DNA of 62,279 nt, the filler included, from Stramenopiles sp. TOSAG23-3 (Eukaryota), in NCBI GenBank assembly GCA_900128585.1. It is 22 parts of 22 records of this genome, joined end to end, with 100 filler letters (N's around TTAATTAATTAA, not from the genome) between each part and the next. Parts side by side here need not be neighbours in the genome. Positions count along the whole stretch, not along the records: positions 53,919 to 56,639 come from LT644627.1; positions 56,740 to 59,459 come from LT644628.1; positions 59,560 to 62,279 come from LT644629.1; 19 more parts are not named here. One strand, 5' to 3'. Positions within the stretch are counted from its first letter, which is position 1; every line of letters starts with the position of its first letter. Below are positions 55,903 to 62,279 of the stretch, one piece after another. The position numbers were made by a program, and so were the translations under genes. A model generated the notes under the pieces. That model was not told the DNA's origin. It was given only the letters and a program-made list of their open reading frames with translations, and ran no database searches.

Positions 55903-56739
55903 GGACTGTACCGGAAATTGAACGACAAGATACCACTAACTCCCTAAGTAAAGTCAACTTGGCTGCTTTATCGATTCCTACACCGTTCCAATAAACCAAT
56001 GCAAGAACAGTCATATCTCACGGTACAGATTTTAATTTATTGTTTGTTGTATAAAAACCAACAAAGGTTGGTGCCTAAATGAAATTGATTTATTGTTTGT
56101 TTTTTGTTTGGTGATGGTGGTGGTAAAATAATAATAATAATAATATTTTATTATAATATAAAATTCGTACCGGGTAGTAGTTGTTCGTTCTCTTTCCTTC
56201 TTCTTCTTTATTACTAGACACTATTACTATATAGAGCATATTAATATTATAATAATTAATTGGTTACTTAGAGACTACTAGTCCTCGTATATTGATATAA
56301 CAACGACACAATTTAAATTAGTCGTCTATTAATAAATAGAAAATATAAAAAATAGCATTCCACTTCTTGTCTTTTCTTCTTCTCTTTCTCCTTCATTAAA
56401 TTAAATTAAATAACTATACACCACCTATTAATACCTGTCCGTCGTACCATCAATCCCAATGACGTATCCTTGTACCTCTAAGAATTATGCAACACCAATA
56501 TACCAATTAAGTACAATAAAATAGTATTCTAATAATAATTTATAGATATATTGTATACCACTCTTGATTATATAGTCTATATACTGTACCTTTATATCTT
56601 CTTTTATTTTCCTATATAAACATTTCTCTTGTTTTAAATNNNNNNNNNNNNNNNNNNNNNNNNNNNNNNNNNNNNNNNNNNNNTTAATTAATTAANNNNN
56701 NNNNNNNNNNNNNNNNNNNNNNNNNNNNNNNNNNNNNNN

Positions 56740-56912
56740 TGTATGTTGGTGGTGGAAAAAAGCCATTGCATTTGGCATCTCAAAATGGTCATGTAGAGGT
56801 TGCACAACTATTGATCGACAAGGGTTCCGACGTTAATGCAGAGGATAATGATGAATGCACTTAGTTGCATTTTGCATCTAAATATGGTCATGTGGGGGTT
56901 GCAACACTATAG
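56740..56912 (+). pseudogene. Ankyrin-repeat fragment with an in-frame stop
   Basis: PLHLASQNGHVEVAQLLIDKGSDVNAEDNDECT*LHFASKYGHV. Confidence 0.75.
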
Positions 56913-57127
56913 CAGCATTGCAAAAGACTGACTGTACTTTTTTTTTGTAATAAATTTGGTACCACTCTCTCTAAATTGCATCGAAATAGCAAAAGATGCT
57001 ACTCTATATTAAATGCTCTTCAGTACCACCACATGTTGAAACAATTAAAAAATTTACGTGTTTCTAAAACTAAATCGTGGAGACTAACTTCGTGGGGTGT
57101 ATTTTCTTAATTTTTCGTCTCACTATT

Positions 57128-58846
57128 TTACACCTCCTTGGAAGGGTCAACCGTGTCCGTGTTCTGTGCTTCCGTATTTGTTGGGACTGCTTGAGCTTTG
57201 CCTTCTTGCCCGCCACTACCTACCACCACAGACTCCGCATTAATTTCGATATCTAAAGTGCTCACACCTGCTTTGACTTCTTCTGCCCCGTTGGACACGG
57301 CCGTAGGTACTTCTTCATTTTCTAACGTATCTGGTACGTTCGTATCAGTAGACGAAGCCGCTGCCAAAACACCATTAGGAAACAGGTTCTGAAGAAATTT
57401 TTCTCCACAGAAAACCTTCATGGAATTAGAAGTGATGTTCCAAAGTTCTTTTCTTTCGTCGCCGCTTTTGCCTGCGACTGAATCATCAAACATTTCGCTG
57501 CCTTGCATGACTAGAAGCATGTTTTTACAGGTTTCAAGCACCGTTTCTGTCAAATGTTTCGAAGACAACGAAATACCTAAATCCATAAACTGCTCCATGA
57601 AGCGCAGGATTTGTATCCAGACTACTTGGAAGTTGGGCAAACCCACTAGTAAACTCAACCTGCTCAAGTAAATTTTCGACACGATCGACACTGCAGCTAC
57701 CCTCATTTCATCGCTTATCACAGTGGCAGAAGTTTTCAGGCGCGATTTCTGTTCCACACCAGTTTTGGCTTGGCGGTCACTTGGTGCAGTCAACTGTGCC
57801 TTGGTTTCGTTTCGCAGCAACGACGATGCAATTGGAAATAGAAAAGTGTCAAATACTGCTTTCCATTGGCTAGCGGACAAGTAGTCACCGTGCGTGTCTA
57901 CAAGTGACCTTTGGATAAGGTTAAGCGCGTACAGTTTGACTGGTTTTCTCCGATCTCTTAAGCACGCTGCCATTGAATTCAAGACTGGTTGCCAACAATC
58001 GTGCCAAGGGTCAAATTGATTGCCCCCGTCTGCATTAGCGTTGTCGTCTTGCTTCTCTGCACCCGCTTCGGAAAAGCGTTTCATGAGCGGTTTTACACGT
58101 TGATGCAGGTTGAACAGTAAATCGAGAGCAGCAAGACTTGAGTACCGCCCACTCTTTGCTCCTGGCGCGGCGGCCCCGACTGTAGATGTTGCGTAAGCGA
58201 CAACAGTCGATGAAATTGTCAAAGGTACACATGCCCGCATGTGCGGGTCTCGAAGAAGGAAGGACACCGATTGGAATCCATTTTGTGCCCCCATTTTGTG
58301 CGATGCCAGGTATTTCAAGAGCAAAAATAAATTGCGCCATGTGGCTGGGGCAGTGATGGTAGACGCATTTCCTTGAACCAAGTCTAAAACGCCATTGCCA
58401 AGGTATCCTGACAAGGCATCGCCAACAACAGCACTCACCGACTCGCCAAGGACCGCCTTCTTGCTCTTCTGTTTCCCCTTTTTTGCAGCCCTGCAGGAGC
58501 TTGGTAGCAAGACGAGAAGTGTATTTACGAGTTTGTCAACAAGGCTAGGTTTGTGGGACAGTCGGACAGCCATACGAATTATTCCCCTACCAGCAACATC
58601 TACAATACCATCTGGCTCTGCTGAACGAGTCAGAATATCAACAAAAAAGCTCAACACCGGATCAAGAACTACATCTAACCGGTCGCGATTTTGCAATACC
58701 AGCGTAGTCATCGATTCTAAACAAAAACATGTAGAGCCTTGGGAAAGGCCACTGAAAGCGACCGAATTGGTCCGCGACGGGCTTTGGGGCATTTTTGCAA
58801 TGGCTTCATCGTCAGCTTTGGAATCGGACCCGTTCGCGGTGTCCAA
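57128..58846 (-). CDS. GBF1: C-terminal (HDS) portion of a GBF1/GNOM-like ARF-GEF; Sec7 domain absent
   Basis: LVLQNRDRL, WQPVL..CLRDRRKPV..AL..IQRSL, LSASQWKAVF..LFP, SKIYL..L..L..LPNF..W..IL..M, L.E.V.E..KNMLLVM. Confidence 0.8.
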   Translation of the reverse strand: MDTANGSDSKADDEAIAKMPQSPSRTNSVAFSGLSQGSTCFCLESMTTLVLQNRDRLDVVLDPVLSFFVDILTRSAEPDGIVDVAGRGIIRMAVRLSHKPSLVDKLVNTLLVLLPSSCRAAKKGKQKSKKAVLGESVSAVVGDALSGYLGNGVLDLVQGNASTITAPATWRNLFLLLKYLASHKMGAQNGFQSVSFLLRDPHMRACVPLTISSTVVAYATSTVGAAAPGAKSGRYSSLAALDLLFNLHQRVKPLMKRFSEAGAEKQDDNANADGGNQFDPWHDCWQPVLNSMAACLRDRRKPVKLYALNLIQRSLVDTHGDYLSASQWKAVFDTFLFPIASSLLRNETKAQLTAPSDRQAKTGVEQKSRLKTSATVISDEMRVAAVSIVSKIYLSRLSLLVGLPNFQVVWIQILRFMEQFMDLGISLSSKHLTETVLETCKNMLLVMQGSEMFDDSVAGKSGDERKELWNITSNSMKVFCGEKFLQNLFPNGVLAAASSTDTNVPDTLENEEVPTAVSNGAEEVKAGVSTLDIEINAESVVVGSGGQEGKAQAVPTNTEAQNTDTVDPSKEV

Positions 58847-59184
58847 AAAGGTATGTGGTGGTGGCTTCTTCTTTTTCTCTCTCCCTCCGGAGAAAAAAAG
58901 AGAAGAGAAGAAAGAAGAAGTTGTAGTACTACGGTAATAAATAATAATAGACCGACTACTACATTATATAAAAGTTCCGACGGCGGCGGCGGCGGACCAA
59001 AATTATAATTTGTATTGCTAAACTATATATATCAGAAAGGGCTTCAACACACGTTTTTAAATTCACTTTTGTTTTCTTTCTCTTAATATTTTCAAAGTTC
59101 AAACCACTTCTTTCAACGTTAGACTTCACTGCCAATCTGTGTAAGCAGATTTGCCCGTGTAGTATACTTTTTCCGCGCCGTAAA

Positions 59185-59459
59185 ATGGCGCGGTTTACGA
59201 GCGAAATTGAGCCTTTTTCGTTGGACAATGATTTTGACTATGACAACTCGCCGCTAACTTCGCTTGAGGTAACCTCGGTGGGGTGCGTAGAGAGTCAGAA
59301 GGGTGAGACCTGGAATAGTTTGGATAATAAAATGGCGAGGAAAGCCCGTGAGAAAGAGAAGGGGAAGGGGAAAATTTCCCACTTGGCGGTTGCCCGGAGT
59401 GGCTCGGCGACACTCTCGGCCCGAATGAAAAATATGTTCACTTCGACGCACGCGGATAC
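59185..59459 (+). CDS. N-terminal fragment of an unknown protein
   Basis: ATG-initiated frame open to the contig edge. Confidence 0.5.
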
Positions 59460-59560
59460 NNNNNNNNNNNNNNNNNNNNNNNNNNNNNNNNNNNNNNNNN
59501 NNNTTAATTAATTAANNNNNNNNNNNNNNNNNNNNNNNNNNNNNNNNNNNNNNNNNNNNC

Positions 59561-60163
59561 CAGGGGAGCGTCGCGGGGGCCTCCCTCGTCCACCCCCACG
59601 CCCAGCTGGTCGCGCTGCCGTTCATCCCGCGGGACGTGCGGGTTGGGCACCAATCGAACTTGGGCTACTTTTTGGACAAGCGGGTGTCTGTGTTCGACCG
59701 GACTATCGAGGAGGAGCTGGGGGCCCACGAGGAGGGGACGACGAAGGACCAGTTTGCCTCGCGCGTGGTCGAGCTGAACGACGATTTCGTCGCGTTCATC
59801 CCGTACGCCGCGACGTCACCGTTCAATCTGTGGATCATGCCGCTGCGGCCAAACGCCCACTTCATCGAGGCCACGGACGCCGACCTCCAGTCGTTCGCCG
59901 CCATCCTCAGCAATTGCCTCAGAAGGCTGGACGCATGCCTGAACGAGCCGGACCTGAACATTCTTTTGAAGTCGGCCCCTTTGCCCGGCCGGCACTCCCA
60001 GGAGGCCTACAACTCGAGCTCCTTCTTTCGGTGGTACTTGACCATTACTCCCAGGCTGGGTGCGGGCGCGATGGCCGGGTTCGAATTGGGGAGTGGGATC
60101 TTCAGTAACGGCAACCTTCCAGAGCACGACGCGCACGACTTGAGGAATGTGTTTGGGAGGTGA
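59561..60163 (+). CDS. GalT-family nucleotidyltransferase (galactose-1-P uridylyltransferase/ADP-glucose phosphorylase-like), 5' partial
   Basis: AGASLVHPHAQ (HxHxQ), FVAFIPYAA..PF..WIMP, AGFELGSG..N..PE. Confidence 0.9.
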   Translation, partial: QGSVAGASLVHPHAQLVALPFIPRDVRVGHQSNLGYFLDKRVSVFDRTIEEELGAHEEGTTKDQFASRVVELNDDFVAFIPYAATSPFNLWIMPLRPNAHFIEATDADLQSFAAILSNCLRRLDACLNEPDLNILLKSAPLPGRHSQEAYNSSSFFRWYLTITPRLGAGAMAGFELGSGIFSNGNLPEHDAHDLRNVFGR

Positions 60164-60315
60164 AGGTTGATCCTTAGTTTTAGTTTTAAAAACATAATGT
60201 ACACACACATGAAGGAAGTAAATAAAATAACGAAACAACAATTACTTAGATTTTTTTTTATATTTTTAATAAAAAAGGGGGTGTCAGTTTCAAGCACCGA
60301 ATCTCACTATTTAAA

Positions 60316-60540
60316 TTAAACAAGAAAATTGACTGTTATTAAAAACAAGAAAATTGGCTGTTATTTAAGTAAATTTGAAATTAGTTTTTTTGAAATTAAT
60401 GTACTACGAACTGAAATCTAGATTTATACATTCTAGGTTTGCATTCCGTCATGGCTGTTATTTAAGCTTAAGTAACAGCCAATTTTCTTGTTTTTTAAGT
60501 AATTAAAATTAATGTATCATACTGCGAACTGAACTCTAGA
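60316..60540. repeat. Cluster of motif A copies in direct and inverted orientation
   Basis: Forward 60316-60340, 60339-60372, 60452-60466; inverted 60467-60498. Confidence 0.85.
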
Positions 60541-60579
60541 GGAGATTAAAATAAATAAATTAATTTGGCAGACTCTTCT

Positions 60580-61860
60580 TTAATAAATAACCCTGCACGC
60601 GGCCGCGCTCATCACCTTTAGGTACAACGTCCAGGATTTGATCAGCCTGGACCCTTGGGCCTGGGGAAGCATGGGCATGGCGGCGATCAGGCACGAGAAC
60701 AGGACGCCCGTCTCGGCCGCCCGGAACTCGCAGGTCTTCAACGGGACGCAAACGTCGTCGAGCAAGTCCTCAAAAAAGTCGCGGAACTCCTTGGCCTGAC
60801 TGAGCCCCGTCGCGATCTGCACCAGGCTCTTCAAAAACGACCGAAAGTGCCGGTGCGCGAACCGGTTTGCCCGCCGCGGGGGGATGCTCCCCTGAAACGG
60901 CGCGCTCTTCACGACCAGATCGATGTATTGCGGGATCCCAGAGAGCACCAACGGCTTCAGGTCCCGCAGGTCGGCAAGGAAGCGGTCCCCGAGATCCAGG
61001 GGACCCTGTCGGCGGTTCGTGCGCCTCGCCCGCCCCCCGTCTTCGCCCAGGCTGTCCGGCGTGCTCAGGGCGCGCACGAGCCTCGGTAGCCCGGCGGGGG
61101 AGGCCTCCAAGGCGCCGACCCCGCCACCATCCCGCGCCGCGCCGCCCGGCGTCCCCGGCCCAAGCTCCGTCAGCGCGAGCAGGCCGGGCTTGTGGAGCCA
61201 GTGGAGCATGATCTGCTCGGCAACGTAACAGCAGTCCTCCCAGGTGAGGAGCTGGTACTTTTTCTTTGATATTTGGAGCTGAAACCGGTGAGCCAACAGA
61301 AAAATGGCGCACGCGTACGACCTCGAGAGGTGCCGGGGCAGGAGGAACTCCATCTCGAGGAACTCCTGGACCGTGGTGAGGACGACCGAGTCCCCGACGT
61401 CGTCGTACCGGTCGAAGATTCGCCGAAGGTTGTCGAACTGCCGGCGCACGCTCCGGAGCGGAATGTCACACTGCTGCTCGACGTCGTCCAGGTCTTTCCT
61501 GAACTTGTTCGTAAGCTTTCGGCCCAAAAACGCCCGCATCACCGTTGATTCGAAGGAGTAGTACTTTCCCAAGAGCTGGCGCTGCTGCTTGTCCGAGAGC
61601 ATGAGGGCGTCGCGAGACAGGAGCCTCGGGGACCGGAGCGACTTTTCCAGCATCGCGTACGTGCGGAAGCAGTCCACCGTCTCTTGAATATACAGTCGGA
61701 GGGTGGTCTCCTTCGCCGATTGGTCCTGCTCGTTGTACGCATCTCCAAGGTCAATCTTGCACCGGTGCTCCCCTGCCGTCTGCGCAGAGAACCCAGAGAC
61801 CCACAGCGCAAACGACTGGGGGTCGAGCGACGGCGGGGTCAGCAGGCAGACGTCGGCCAT
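60580..61860 (-). CDS. FIBP: FGF intracellular-binding protein homolog
   Basis: FRTYAMLE, YYSFE..VMR.FLGRKL...RKDLDDV, LRSVRRQFDNLRRIF, RDFFEDL. Confidence 0.9.
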   Translation of the reverse strand: MADVCLLTPPSLDPQSFALWVSGFSAQTAGEHRCKIDLGDAYNEQDQSAKETTLRLYIQETVDCFRTYAMLEKSLRSPRLLSRDALMLSDKQQRQLLGKYYSFESTVMRAFLGRKLTNKFRKDLDDVEQQCDIPLRSVRRQFDNLRRIFDRYDDVGDSVVLTTVQEFLEMEFLLPRHLSRSYACAIFLLAHRFQLQISKKKYQLLTWEDCCYVAEQIMLHWLHKPGLLALTELGPGTPGGAARDGGGVGALEASPAGLPRLVRALSTPDSLGEDGGRARRTNRRQGPLDLGDRFLADLRDLKPLVLSGIPQYIDLVVKSAPFQGSIPPRRANRFAHRHFRSFLKSLVQIATGLSQAKEFRDFFEDLLDDVCVPLKTCEFRAAETGVLFSCLIAAMPMLPQAQGSRLIKSWTLYLKVMSAAACRVIY

Positions 61861-62199
61861 GTAGAGAGGAAGCGACACAATGAAAAGTGTCCGTTTCGGA
61901 GTGTGACCGGCAACTCAAGCGACGTGTACACTTGTAAGAGAAAGGGTTGAAGAACTTCTTCAAGGACTTGCTGAATGTAATAATATGAGTTTATAATCCA
62001 ATCCAATCTGAAATCAAATCATCACCATCGAATTGAATTGTTAAATAATAATTGAATTATTTAGTAGAAGAAAAGAAGAAAATAAATAAATATTTTTTTA
62101 TATACCCCACCAGAAGAGAAGAAGAATTCGAATAAAAAATTGGGGGTGGGAGGAGGAGGAAGAAGAAAGATATTTAGTAAGGAAAAAATTAGGATGTTC

Positions 62200-62208
62200 G
62201 CTTCTTCT

Positions 62209-62279
<71 letters not shown>
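62200..62279 (+). repeat. (TTTC)n microsatellite
   Basis: Perfect tetranucleotide run to the window end. Confidence 0.95.

Noticed and set aside
2750..59559. Regularly spaced TTAATTAATTAA as a biological repeat or array
   Set aside because: Always flanked by N44 on both sides; a six-frame-stop linker added during concatenation.
1..62279. Gene clusters across contigs (e.g. MTase with Crypton and transposase, or a flagellar cluster)
   Set aside because: Contigs are ordered by length, so neighbourhood across linkers carries no information.
1..62279. tRNA, rRNA or snRNA genes; Fanzor/TnpB, reverse transcriptase or viral genes
   Set aside because: None recognised by eye; a covariance-model or HMM scan would be needed to exclude them.

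Overview
This is not a contiguous locus. It is about 23 unrelated contigs of a fragmented eukaryotic draft assembly, joined by artificial 100-bp linkers (N44-TTAATTAATTAA-N44) and sorted by decreasing length (2748 to 2720 bp), so adjacency across linkers is meaningless. The content points to an intron-poor flagellated protist, probably a stramenopile: ODF3/STPG, RIIa, Tctex1, polycystin-2, ERG8-type phosphomevalonate kinase, a CryptonS-like element, and AT-rich intergenic DNA with GAA/TTCT microsatellites. Fold-back chimeras suggest a single-cell amplified genome (inference). Most genes are housekeeping (ATG1, VPS53, SEC24, GBF1, MTO1, APT1, FIBP, GalT-like, rhodanese). Most interesting items: (1) a Tudor-like/CW/PHD histone-reader protein fused to a prokaryotic-type amino-(N6A/N4C) methyltransferase with an NPDF motif IV (37252-39303); (2) a Sola2/Mutator-like DDE transposase and a Crypton tyrosine recombinase on different contigs sharing a 94%-identical 89-bp upstream segment; (3) a divergent PHF5A that has lost three of four ligands of one zinc site; (4) two short motifs recurring in convergent 3'-3' intergenic gaps. 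The linker at 2125-2171 is broken and about 2.2 kb appears to be missing there. All family calls are by motif recognition only; no searches were run.
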